From Phoronis australis (lineage: Eukaryota > Animalia > Phoronida), in contig NMRA01000045.1 of NCBI GenBank assembly GCA_002633005.1, positions 861,552 to 925,551 of the forward strand: a DNA stretch of 64,000 nt. Direction: 5' to 3'. The translations under genes were made by a program, and so were the position numbers. Numbering within the stretch: the first letter of the stretch is position 1; each line of letters begins with the position of its first letter. Below the pieces are notes generated by a model. That model was not told where the DNA came from. It ran no database searches and worked only from the letters and a program-made list of their open reading frames with translations. Below are positions 43,268 to 55,484 of this stretch, piece after piece.

Positions 43268-43407
43268 CTCTAGCTTGACAACTCTTGCTCGCGCGTCTCG
43301 AATGTTCGATGCTGAGAAACAGTAGTCGATAGTGGTTACCTCTACTGGAAAGTGATGACGTATATCTTCGTCAGTCTCTAAGCCCTCAGGCCATTCGTTG
43401 CAGAACT
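43268..43407 (-). CDS. MRPS35: MRPS35 exon 5
   Basis: (E)FCNEWPEGLETDEDIRHHFPVEVTTIDYCFSASNIRDARARVVKLE, attcag|...|GTGTGT, 140 nt. Confidence 0.93.
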
Positions 43408-43612
43408 CTGAATATTAACCAAACAAATCATGTAACACGGAACATAATGTTTACAACTCCAGTTACAAAGGCAGAACTATGAATTTTGTGACAATGGTTT
43501 CACAGAACCCATGGCACTGCTTCTGTGTCCTAGTAGCATTTTTTGTCATGCCTTTCAACAGCTTCAAACTGACTGACTGCTTTCAAATCCGCCATAAAAT
43601 TATGAAAATATC

Positions 43613-44023
43613 CACTGTATGCACACACAATTAACTACTCTAGAACAAGTTACTCCTGGAACAAGTTGTCGCTAGGTTTGGAGGCCGTGTGGACACAATT
43701 TAAACTGGTGCAATTTTCCCCACTTCTGACTCCTTACTCCACATTACCGAGGATGGTTAACTTGTTCTAGGGTAATTTGTGCCACTTCTTCCCTATGTGG
43801 CTGCAAACCTGGAGTAAGGATGGAGTAATTATCAGCTGCGGTTACATACAGATGAGTTTTCTTTTGCACGCTGTACTTGCATTAGATGTACATTGTCTCA
43901 CACAAAGTGACCATTTCCGCCTTACCCTAATTGTGTGATGTGTGTGTGTGGACGCTCCACCTAAAAGTGGGGTAAATTGCACCAGTGCAAGTTGTTCTAG
44001 GGTAGGCTGTGTGTGGAGGGGAC
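43613..44023. mobile_element. MITE family A, copy 3
   Basis: tagaacaagttactcctgg...caagttgttctagggtaggctgtgtgtggagggga is collinear with 23979-24394. Confidence 0.78.
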
Positions 44024-44538
44024 TGTTGATAGAAGGTGAGTTTTCAGCAGCTTCAGTACAAAAGCTCATCAGTGGGTTATGGTGAATATTAAACCCCGTT
44101 TCAAAGGTGGTAACTGAACCCTAATGATGGGTTGCAAAATGCTCATCACAAGGCAGAACCCAGACAACACAAAGGTATCCTCAAAATCACATGTCATTTT
44201 GTGTTCTATGTTGGTGACATTTTACTGCACTCAGATTGAAACATATTTCTGAGCTTGAGAAGAACAGACACTTTGTCATAACTTGAGACCGGGCTGAATC
44301 AGCGATCTTGATCCGATTGTCATTTGATGCTGCAACCAAGGCTTCGAACGATATGGATTTGTCACGTTCTCCCAAGCCTGGTGATCACTTTCTGAGTACT
44401 GAACATGTTGTGTCCAGTTTTACAACCCTGAGTGGTTTAAATCAAAAGCAAATCTAATTTCATTGGTACAAGCAGCTTTAAACTTGAAAAGTGAGAAGGA
44501 GGGTATTAACATCAACTGCAACAGGAAGGCAGCCTCAC

Positions 44539-44659
44539 CTTTGATGGCCGCACAGTGTTTCTTCACGTGGGCGGGGGTAAGGTGCAGGAAATTGGGTATC
44601 TTCATCAGCTCAGCATTGGCGTACTTTGAAGGTATAACGCCGTCGTTTTCACCTTGGTT
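44539..44659 (-). CDS. MRPS35: MRPS35 exon 4
   Basis: [40 protein letters not shown] contains the MRPS35 hallmark [10 protein letters not shown]. ttgcag|...|GTGAGG, 121 nt. Confidence 0.95.
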
Positions 44660-45284
44660 CTGCAATAGAGTATGGTAAATCTTCACTTATTTAGCACGCG
44701 ATATGGCTCAATTTTCACTCAGTTTTGTCAAATTTCTCCACAAAAATAAACATTACGGACATTTTAGGTTATTACAAGCATAGTCTGCAATGTGCACATG
44801 TCACAAAACAACATTTGCCAAAGTCCCCAATGTTTGCAAAGATTTAATCAGCCATTGAAAAATGATGATTTTGGCAAATTACTTTTAGGTGAAATAAATG
44901 GACAATTTACCAACTAATAAGAGCAACTGAATATACATTACACAGTACACATCAAAAGTAATCAGACAAAATACCGTTTCCTCATCATGACCTGTGATGA
45001 CTCATCATGTCAGGTCATTAAAAGTACTTTTATTAAGAATTCTGCTCGTGCTCAGCAAACATGACGGGGAATTATGGATCATTTTGTCTGACTATTTTTG
45101 GCGCATAATGTGCTGCAGCCCAAGTAATTACTGTCATAAAGTGAAACAACATAACCAGGTCAGCATTTAAGTGACCTTGTCCTGCCTGTGCAGCGACACC
45201 AATTGGCCGTCTAAGGAATTAAACATCAGAAGTATTGCAAAAAACGTACTCATCAACTCATTTGAAATGTCCAACAGTAGCACA

Positions 45285-45430
45285 CAGTGGCGGATTGAAG
45301 GGGGGCCAAGAGGGTCATGCCCCCCACCCTATATTCCATTTGGCACTTTGGGGGTGCAAATGACTGACGGGCAAAATCCTAGCTAATGCTCTGTCCTGGC
45401 ACCCCAACTCAAAATCCTAGATCCACCCTG
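45285..45430. mobile_element. hAT-like MITE with a 5-bp TSD
   Basis: cagtggcggatt ... agatccaccctg, flanked by GCACA on both sides. Confidence 0.65.
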
Positions 45431-46108
45431 GCACACAATGATGTAAATTTATTGTGACGGGTGCAAAGATCACAATCTCCATTAACTCACCAAGTGCATA
45501 ACATTGTAATCACTCTTATGTAAGCCGTTCAGCTCTGGCAAGCAGAAAAACGATCTTCTGCATCAGAAACTGCTGGGCTTGAATAGTTGACTGTTATTTA
45601 ATGATGAAATGGTGCATTTTTCAGCTCTTACTGTGACGCGGGTTGTCACATGTTAACTGAAACACGTACACTTTCCAGTCCTGTAGGGACCACCATAAAA
45701 CGTTTTTTCAACCAAATTTACACTCCGATGATGGGTTAATTTATATCATCTGTGGTGTATGCATTCCAGTCTACAGCAGGGCAAAACTTCTTCAGATAAG
45801 GGTCCAACATGATGGAAAAGTGGGATTTTGTCACAGTCAAATGTCTCACCAAAATAGCTTGAAAACATTTTCTTCTTTGGCATCACAGCAGCAAATAGCT
45901 GTCACAAATTAACAAAAAAAAAGAAAACACCAATTTTGGCTATCACTTTAGTTTGAAATTCAAGAAATTTTACAGTAGCAGATGGTCTTTCAGTAAACCA
46001 CATAAAGAGACATTTTAGCTCAGTTACTTCAACTTTTACTTCAATACAATGTAGATAATCTCATGAGCACGCTTGAACGAGTGCGTCAACCCACCCATTG
46101 GATCTTAC

Positions 46109-46228
46109 CCTGATATAGCCTTGTCGGACAGGAAATGGAACTGCAGAGTACTTGAATGAGTGGGCAGCCGGCCACACGTTGGTCCAGTCCTGGTCAGTCT
46201 TCATCTTAATGGTACGTGGGGGCGGTAC
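46109..46228 (-). CDS. MRPS35: MRPS35 exon 3
   Basis: [40 protein letters not shown], cctcag|...|GTAAGA, 120 nt. Confidence 0.94.
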
Positions 46229-48442
46229 CTGAGGATGAGATCAGAATGGTCTGCGTGAACAATACCAATGCATGGTGCCCACACATATCGTGTTTTCACT
46301 CGCCATGAGTTTTTCAAAGTATAATATCTACTTCCCTCAAGTTAATTTTCAAACACAAAAAACCACACAGTACTTTCTGCAAAGGACAGTTGCGAAAAGT
46401 AATTCGATCAGTTGACGAACTTGAGATATAACCCACAAAATGTTTTTGATCTTATCCGACAAAGAGTGTTTACTTTTTCAATTGCCACCATTTTTCCAAG
46501 CACTGGAGATATTTGTATGCAATTCTAGGTTTCTCAGGTCTTGCATGAGCAAGAAATAAGCAGTGCAATATCAAGATTTTGTCTACTAATGGGTTGCATG
46601 CATATGGCAAAATTTTGCAAAAAGTAAATGTCAGTTCTACACACAGAAACTGATGTTAAATGATTACATTTTACTAGTATCTTAACATTGCAGTTGCATA
46701 CTCGTACAGTGCTGAGATTTAGAATCAGCTGTAAAATAATTCTGCAGCAAACATGTCAAATTCCACTTTTTATATAGGTCATGTTATTGGCTGAGGTTGC
46801 TGGAACGAGCAAGAAATTTCACGAGGCTGAAGACCTATATAAAATGTGAGTAATTTAACATATTTTGATCATATATTAAAATATTTAACCCACATTTCAT
46901 CGCCAACTCCATTTTGTCTGATGCAATAACAGTGTCACGTGATTTCACAATAACATTTTGGGCTACTGCACAGTCATGTGACATCGTTATTGCACAGGCA
47001 TATCAAGACCTATGTGGTATAAATACTATAATGTAACCTATACTAACCAAAAAAATACCAGTGGGTTAAGGTCTCCATTTTATGTGAAAATCAAGTCAGT
47101 GGTTTGGTGTTTTTTTAATTGCTCATGCTCACTTTTTCAAAAACAAAAATCGATGAGTGACTACCAAAAATAATGCAGGATTGTTTTACTCATCACTTGG
47201 TATTTCAAACCTTGCTTACATGAGCATCTTCCCCAAAACACAAGACTTAGGCTGAACTTGATGTGGGCAGGTACTTTTCTTTTTATTCAGTGAGTGCTGG
47301 TCTCAAAATGAGACGGGGTACAGACCAGAACCAACTTTGTTTTTTAGGCCTAATATGAACATTGACGTGAGAACAGGCGACCTTGACCTTAATGATGAAC
47401 ATGACGAGAACAAGACCCACATGATGTAGTTTCCTTTCCCAGAACTTTGCAATAATACTGAATGAGGAAGATTTGCATGGAACAATTATGAATCATTTTT
47501 TAAAAAATAATGTTCAGTAAGTACACGCCGCTAAGATTATCATCACTATTGTTAGGTTTTTGACCGTTTTGGGCACAAAGTCACTAAACAAGTAGTTACC
47601 CTGCAAATGTCTCTATGAAGGAGTGCGATCAAGGTTAACTAAACTTTCTTAAATTATGACTTAAAAAGCACATGATGGACAACTGCCTCAAACCAAAGTT
47701 CAATAAATAAACAACCAAATAAAGTTGGGCCACAAGGCATCAAGATAGGACAACATTGAATAATCCATGTATGTTGATACAATACGGATTGTCTGCAGCT
47801 TAGTCTGTGCCTGATAACTACACCTTGTCTGAAATCAACATACTGAAGTAACGACTGGGATGTGCTTTTGATCCCAGAATAAGTTGTTTACATTTAAAGG
47901 TTTATAGCCTGGGTCTATGCTTTTAAAAGGACATACTCGGTTTCAAGGCTGCAAAACACATTTTTGGAATTAACGTTGGATGGGATAGACTTCTTGAAGT
48001 TGTCAGCTTTGACCAGAGATACAAAACAACAAAATCCCTTGTGTTTGTGATTTTATTACAAATCGACAATTTTTGTCGTTGTCTACCAGCCATTCGCAGA
48101 AATCAAGGCTGAAGATTTAACCAAAACAGATTTTCTAATACATAAAATAATTTTTCGGATTCAGCCAAGTTTTCAAGTATGAAGTCGGTCACAGTTTATG
48201 TTTTTCAGTTAGAAATTCATGTTCAAAGCAAAAATGTCAAATTTCACAGGAAAAATGGCAGTCACATAATTACTAACAATTGTATAGCATTGTAAGGCAT
48301 AAAGAGAGGTGTTTCAGTTGATGATTAAAAATACTTGCTTTTATAGGTTGAGAATGGGTAGGTAAAAAGTTACTTGATGAAACATGAAAGGACTTCATGA
48401 AGGTTGGCAACTGGTAAAATGGAATCCAGTCCGACCACGTAC

Positions 48443-48522
48443 CTCCCTTAAACGTCTCTTTTGTCTCTTAGCTCGAGTCACGGCTTGGGATCCAGGAATT
48501 TCAAACACTCTGAATTCTTCAT
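48443..48522 (-). CDS. MRPS35: MRPS35 exon 2
   Basis: (D)EEFRVFEIPGSQAVTRAKRQKRRLRE, atgtttag|...|GTACGT, phase 1 to 0, which fits both neighbouring exons. Confidence 0.82.
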
Positions 48523-50088
48523 CTAAACATGAATAAAACATATTGTATACATTACAGAACAAAAATGTTAATTCAGTGGTTCCAGAATACTCTTAAAATT
48601 AAGCACATCGATAAAAATTTTGGAAAGTTCAATAGAAAAATTGTAGGTCTAACCTCGGGTTCATCCAAGAGTTTCCCAAAAATGCATAATTGCCTTTTTA
48701 TGTCCCCAAGTCAAATTGTTATTATAGTGAGGTATGGTACAGTGGAGAAATTTGTCTGAATTTACATTTTATTATTTCTTACATCATAACTCATTTGTTA
48801 TCCTCGACAGTCCAATGATCCCCCACAGCACCTGTTAGCATGCTATGTGAAGGCTTGGTTGTTGCTTTACACATATTGAAAATTCAACATAACGTTATGC
48901 TCCCAGTAGGACGACTTTCCCCGATTTCGCTGATCAGGAACTCGGGTTACAGTCGCATTATCAGTTTGACAGTGATAACAAGGGGAGAAAATTGGTAAAC
49001 TACTGTTTACAAAGTCCAGCTCTCTCATTGTCTGCGTTTATTTGATAAGCTCACGTAGTCCAGCAATTAATTTTTTAACAGTGCGCCTGACGCTAACCGA
49101 TGTTTAAAAAATATTATTTCCAAACAACGTCCAACAAATGTCGTGAAGATGTCTTTTTTATGAAATACTATCACCAAAAAATTTCAAATGGAGAGAAACG
49201 GTTGTCTTTCAGAGAAATTAGACTTGACTTTCAACTTCTGATTCCTTTGTGTTACTGTCAGCTCTGACCCCCTTACTACCACAGCATTGTGTACCAACCG
49301 TTTGTTTGTCAAGTTTTATCAAACGTGATCAAATCGTTTCCTTGGAAATTTCTTGTTCTGAACAGTCCAGGGAATGATATGCAACGACTTATGTATGGGA
49401 ATTAAGACGACTTTGGCCAAGAATTCCAACTCTGCTTTTTGGTCACCATTGGCATTAACTTTTTCACTGTGTGCATTATCCAGAAATATGTTACGTTAGG
49501 CAAGGACAAGCGCGATATAATTGACTAGTATAGAACCAAAAAGGATTCATGAAAGTAAATGTTTTTTAAGTAACAATTTTAATTGTAAAATGTATTTTTG
49601 ACAAGATGAAAACCTCTTACTCGGTGAGCGGATTTGGCCTATTGGCCATTTAAAATACAGAGGATAAAATTAACACACAAATCCATGGCTTGGCATGGCC
49701 AAGGGGAGCGGGGATTGTTGTAGGCCCCTGCCCTGGCATAGCCAGCCAGCCAGCCAGCCAGCCGAGTGTCTTGAATAGATGTCCTAATGCCAAAAATGGC
49801 CTACGATGTTGACTAGTTACCCACCCTGCCCCAGCGTGCAGGATTGGTGGACCAGCTAGTTTCACAAGTGCCGCAAGATGTTCCGTACGTTGAAAGCCGG
49901 TAAATGTAAACTTTGACACAGTCGACAAAGTTTCAAAGTCAACAAAATTCAGTCAAAGTCACTCAAAGAAATTGTCAAACTTTGACTCAAAGTCAAAGTG
50001 ACCCGCGATTGTCAAGTTGCTTGGCATTTAATTTGTAATCTCAAAATTTTCAGTTCTGAATAAAACACAAATCCCAGTGACAACCAAC

Positions 50089-50209
50089 CATCGTTTAAAT
50101 TTAGTCCACCGTCTGTAACTTTCGACAAAGACCGAGAACATTTGATGTTGCTGCCTCGAAGGAAAGGGTGCCGAAAACGAGCTAAACACTTCGCAATGGG
50201 CATCGCCAT
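50089..50209 (-). CDS. MRPS35: MRPS35 exon 1 (mitochondrial targeting peptide)
   Basis: aacATGG start. MAMPIAKCLARFRHPFLRGSNIKCSRSLSKVTD is Arg/Ser-rich and acid-poor, like a presequence. Phase-1 donor G|GTTGGT (an alternative phase-1 donor lies at 50110). Confidence 0.75.
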
Positions 50210-50278
50210 GTTTGATTGCTAACTCTCGCTGTCGCTCGCGAGATTGATTTGCATATCGAGTGTCAGTGTTGCAGGGAA
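50210..50278. promoter_or_regulatory. 69-bp spacer between head-to-head MRPS35 and PPP1R12 start codons (bidirectional promoter core)
   Basis: CpG-rich. Contains a CTCGCGAG palindrome (TCTCGCGAGA-like), an octamer ATTTGCAT, and YY1-like ATGGCG at both start codons. Confidence 0.6.
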
Positions 50279-50524
50279 ATGGCGGACGAAAAACAGAAAA
50301 GTGCCTGTCTTAGACGGCACGATCAAATAAAACGGTGGGACGACTCAGACACATCGAAACAACCCACAGTGTTGAACAAAACGCAAACGAAAGTGAAATT
50401 TCATGATGGTTGCATATTTCTTGCGGCTTGTTCCTGTGGGGATGTTGAAGAAGTGACGACTCTTTTGAAAAGGGGTGCGGATATCAACACTGCAAATGTT
50501 GATGGGCTGACAGCGTTGCATCAG
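50279..50524 (+). CDS. PPP1R12A: Protein phosphatase 1 regulatory subunit 12 (MYPT1-like), canonical first coding exon
   Basis: MADEKQK...RHDQIKRW (MyPhoNE motif), KVKF (RVxF motif), then FLAACSCGDVEEVTTLLKRGADINTANVDGLTALHQ|GTACAG (ankyrin start), matching the MYPT1 N-terminus. The next exon is not in the window. The A/B/C paralog name is nominal for an invertebrate. Confidence 0.95.
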
Positions 50525-50692
50525 GTACAGTTCAAAAGTGGCTTTTATCTTGATCTTTGATTGCATTCTTGAACTACGCATTGGTTGATGCTCTAACATA
50601 CTTGCTTTTGCATTGAAATGAGCACTCGGTAACTTACTGTATTGTTCATTACCAGAAGAATTAGGCCGATGGTCGGACTACGGAGGACACCG

Positions 50693-50789
50693 TACTGGTC
50701 GGATATAGCGGTCCCTAATTTGGAGAACATGGCAATCACTGAATAATGGGCCTGTTCTCAAAAGCAGGGACCGCTTTATCCGACCAGTG
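50693..50789. mobile_element. Short MITE, family E
   Basis: actggtcggatatagcggtccc ... gggaccgctttatccgaccagt inverted repeat. Confidence 0.8.
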
Positions 50790-53700
50790 TTGGACGACAC
50801 ACTGCGGTCCCTGGTTTTAAGAACTAGACAGTCATTGAATATGGGGGTCCATTATTCAGTGGATCTCACAGGTTCTCTCTGACTATGTCAATGATCGCAG
50901 TCATTTGTAATGTTCTGTGATTTTTGACTACTGCAGATAAATTTAATCCTACTGCAAGTGCAATTTATTTGGCCACATGTTAAATCATCCCCTTGTCAGC
51001 CACACTTTCTTACAGTCAAGGTCAGAGCTTTTTGTTGGCCAGGTAACCTGTAATTTGTATATTTACTGTAAAAATTGAAACGAGATCATTGCAATTTTGG
51101 TGGTGTATTTACATTCTATTGTTCACAGATAATTGTTCCCATACATATCGCTTAGTATGCTTTATTCTAAGAATCAAAAAGTATATCGGTTGATCAGCTC
51201 CATTACAGTGCCATGGCCTATATGTCTATGACAGTATCATAGTATGACACCCACACCTGATGTATTGTATTGATCTGATCTAGAGCAGAATTTCTGCAGT
51301 CATAGCTTTTCTAAATTAACTGGATTACCACCTTACAAGCAATCACCCATTAATACCTGAGCGCTAATTCTACAAATGTTTTGTCAAAAAGCTGTGAAAC
51401 TGAGTGTTGATGCTCATTTTGAACGGAGCTGAATGTGGACTGGCTGAACTGTGTCAATTCAGTAATTAACATGTGATATTTTGTGGTCTGATTTTGAGAA
51501 CCAATTTCATTCACTGATTAGCAGGCATTATTCAACGAATGCCTGGTTTTCAAAATCAGGAACCACTGAAAGTCACTAATGCAACAGTCAACATATACAC
51601 AGGAGTCTACCTCAGTAAAAATCAGTTAATAGGACTCTTGATTAGTAGTCCCTGATTCTGAATATTATCAGTTTTATTAACCATTAATTACGGGCAGTAT
51701 TCAGGGATTTGCTAGTTTTCAAAATCAAGGACCAGTGAAAGTAACCGCTTCCAATGAAATTAGACTGACTGTGCATGTATTGATGAGTAGATACTGTAAT
51801 TGGATGGCTGGTAAATCAAGCTGAGGTTCAGATGGCCTGTCCAGACCTCCAGTTTGTCACTGTTGCAGGACTGCAATTTAGAGGAATTATCGCAGATCTG
51901 ACCTTAATGTTTGTCTGTTGCACGATATCATGATATTGAATCTACATCTCATTGTATGCGAAGCTTTATTATTTGCTGATCCTCTGGTTCTCAAAGTCAG
52001 TATTACTGTTGGCCCTCTGGTATAATCATCTGTGTGAATGCTCGAGATGTTGGATCACGGCTCAATCATAATTATTCTTTTGTGCAATAATAGAAACATA
52101 AGGCACGTGAAGCACTTGTTCTTATGTTCTGAAGGCTGGAGAACTTTGTGTGATTAGAGTTTGTAAGCTTTCTGTATGTGCCACGAGAAATTGATAACTC
52201 TATCCAAATCTGTACTGGCCTAGATTTATGAATGAAGAAATTGTACACTATTTAAACATGACTGTGAAGACAAATACACATTGTCATATTGCTGTCAAAT
52301 TTTACTCAGTTTAAACAGGATATTAGTAGGTCATAGTCGACTTCAAGTTTTATATCAGTCTCCTTGAGCTCTATGTACTTATTATTAGATTTATTCTTCA
52401 ATTGATTGTTGTCTTTAAGTTCTTTACTTTCTACCTCTTGAGTTATTATCGTGTGAACTTGATATTTTTGTCTTGGACATTGATGTACTTGTGAGCAATC
52501 GACCACTTCCTTGCTTGAGAGGTCAACTGATTTATTTAAAAAAAAAAATAGCCACATGATTGACTAATCAGATGGTATTGACTAATGAAATTGTGATGCC
52601 TGTCAAAAGTTTAGCTGAAAGAAAGTAGCCATTTCGAGATGATGTCAGACTTGGAAACCCATCTGATTTGGTGCGTGTTGCTGATGTTACAGATATTCGG
52701 TACAGCTTGCTGCAACTGAATTGTTTGATCGAGATAGTCTGCATCTATTAGCTGTAGGAATTCAACCGAATGTCTAGAAAATGAATACCATCCATCATTT
52801 TCGCAGTCTGCACTGTTACCTTTGCACATCAAAACAACTGTTAGTTCTTTACACGCCAGTTCAGTTTGCTAGTGGTTGAATGGCTCCCCTTCGAGTGTCC
52901 TAGTTTCACAGAACATTTTGTTGAGAAAGAATTATATATTTGAAAATGGTCGCTCTTGGGTCGTACAAGTAGTCATTTACCCTATTGGTTAGATCTAGAT
53001 GGAACCAGGTATTCTGTGTCAAGCACCAAGTTTATTTAATATGGAAATTCAGCGCGAAAATTGCTTCAACTCGACATATTCAGTTCCCAATCTATACAAG
53101 CTCTCCGTGCCAACGTGTTTTTGCTGGGTGCATGTGTTGGCGAGTGTTCACTATGCCTTGACATTTGTTCTGACCATCTCCCAACATTCCACTCCGTTCT
53201 TATCTAATATAATAACTAGCCGGAGCACACTGTAACACACTGCTTTACCTTATAAGTAGGCAGCGTTGGTAACAGGCCATCCAGCATGTATTCTGTACTA
53301 GGCGCTGTTTCCAGTTAGGAAGAACTGATCAAATTAATGGCAGTGACAGCAAAGGGATAGCTGATTTGACCTGGAAACAAGGTTCTGTGATGGGATTTCA
53401 GTTGAGAGGGACTTATCAATGGGTACTGATCTAGAGAAAATAGGATGGTTTTATCTTAGGCATTGAGTTTTGAATTGGGAAGAAATGATTGACTTTAGGA
53501 TAGGGTTAATAAATGGTAATAAAAGGGCAGATTTGACTTGAAAAGATTTGTTGAGTTTTGAGCTGGGAGAGGTGGTTGAATTAAAGGTAATGTCAGCAAA
53601 AATAAAATACAAGTTATGTTGGGTTTGGTTACGAATAGTTATAGACTGAACGTTTGACTGTCCTGTGGAGTATGATGCATATGAGTGTGTTTGAGTGTAT

Positions 53701-54815
53701 GAGTCAGTTATCATAAGGTTGTGCATTGACCTGACCTCTTGAACCTTTCCTAGTGCTGCATGGACACTGTTTTTGTTTGCAAATGTGCACTCAATGATGC
53801 TGGTGGATTGACTTCCTCAGACTGGTGTTGATGACTGCAGTACTCCACCTACGTGACTGGCTTGATATGTTCCTACTTATTACGTGTGGCAAATTAATGA
53901 TTTTAGGAGCATGCCCCCACGTCAATTACCCAGAAATAATTTCAGTGGTGCATTGTGATTGCTAAAGACGGGCTATCGGGCCCATTAAAATTGGAAGTGA
54001 AAAAGGAAAAAAAACAACAAACATGTCCCATAGGTCCTGCAAATTGACCCTTAGACTGAGGCCATGTGAGTCAATCCACTTTTTCTCTTGTTTTTCGAAT
54101 GGTCCCTGGTCGTGATGTAAACACTTCAATTGTAACACTCAACATGGCGAACAAAGTAAATTTGATGTTGAATTTTCTTGAAAAATAGTCTTCAAGAACA
54201 TGTTTCTTCAGTAGCATGTTCACTCTGTACACATTTGCAGCATTCCGACTTAGTTACTGTGTCGGCCTTTGTAGTAGTTAAAATTTGCCATTTCAGCAAT
54301 TTTTCAATTGTTAATGACTGTCTTGATGAGCTCCCTGCACACAGTGCACAGAATGTTCATATGATTTATGGACATTTTGATCGGGGTCATATTTCCTGTA
54401 TTTCTACCACAGATTTGTTTATTCTTTCCATTAAAATCAGTGTCAGTTTTATCTATCGGGTTGCATGAGTGACCGCTCGTTTCGTCATGTTCTACACTGG
54501 AGTAACTGCTCTATTAATGCTGTCATTTTAGCCTTTTTGTTTTGTGTTTTGTGGCATGCACAGCACATAGTCCCTTAGGTACAAGTCAGATGAACGGGAA
54601 GCTTTATCATGGAACCTCCGTACAAGTGCGTCCCCTTTTTATCTAATTCACTCTCAAAAGAGTTGGTATTCTAATTTTGTTGCCGCATCACAAGTTTATA
54701 GAGTTGAGTCTCTCTCTCTCTCTCTCCACTAAGGGCATACGATTCACGTGATATCTTTTACTCACAAGTATTTTTTCATGTAGCTCTACAGGTGTCGTCT
54801 TCCTCAAAGCTTTAA

Positions 54816-55484
54816 AGGCTCTTTCTTATACAGTTAACTCCGATATTTTCAAAGCTTCGATGCTAAATGTGGTTAACTGCGAAGTTCAGCATTTTGTATT
54901 TTCATCAGTTTCGAGCTTTGGAGTTAGTCAGATAGATAACTGGTTCAGCGACGTTATTGCAAGGAGGCACTAATATGACGGTTTGTGATGTGCCTTGGTG
55001 TTTTTGTCCTTGTCATTAAAAATTACAAGGACCTATCCCTCTTCGCAAATGGAAACTGGAATGTCAACTTCATATGGCGGTCACCGCTTGCCACATTGGA
55101 CGATGACGTACTGAAAAAATGACTCTTGAGTAGACTAACAGCTGATCTGAACAAAGGCGCATTGGTGGACCTCATTTTGCGTATACCTTCCATTTAGTGA
55201 TTTTTAAATGTAACAAATATACAGGTAATACCGTGGATAAACTGATACAGAATGTTTATACTGCCAAATTGATAAATATTATAAAACAATGTTAACAAAT
55301 ATTAACCAGTCACTCCCCAGTGTTGGCAAACCGCTGTCGATAATTCCGATGGCGTCAAAGTTAATGTTCCCATTGTAGCAAAAGCGCAAATCAACATCTA
55401 CTCTGTAGTTAACTTGGGCTGCTAACTTTGATTCAAGATCAAAGATAAGTGTTCTCATTGACCAGGAGCCTGTGGGAAGGCCTT
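54816..55484. mobile_element. Degenerate family B MITE, copy 3
   Basis: Ends aggctctttcttatacagttaactcc ... gggaaggcct. Internal aagttaatgttc and gttaact motifs are shared with family B. Confidence 0.5.

Noticed and set aside
38165-44678. Plus-strand ORFs overlapping MRPS35 (38165, 39932, 41387, 42563, 44463)
   Set aside because: Antisense to well-supported MRPS35 exons, with no independent coding features.
49650-49928. 92-aa minus-strand ORF as MRPS35 exon 1
   Set aside because: Non-ATG start and it runs through a (GCCA)n microsatellite. The exon at 50089-50209 fits better in start context, composition and phase.
50216-50278. ORF-track N-terminal extension of PPP1R12 (MLTLAV...)
   Set aside because: TTG start; similarity to MYPT1 begins at the ATG at 50279.
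51773-51790. GCA TGT ATT GAT GAG reads ACIDE, like the start of MYPT exon 2
   Set aside because: No AG acceptor before it and an immediate TAG stop, so a chance match.
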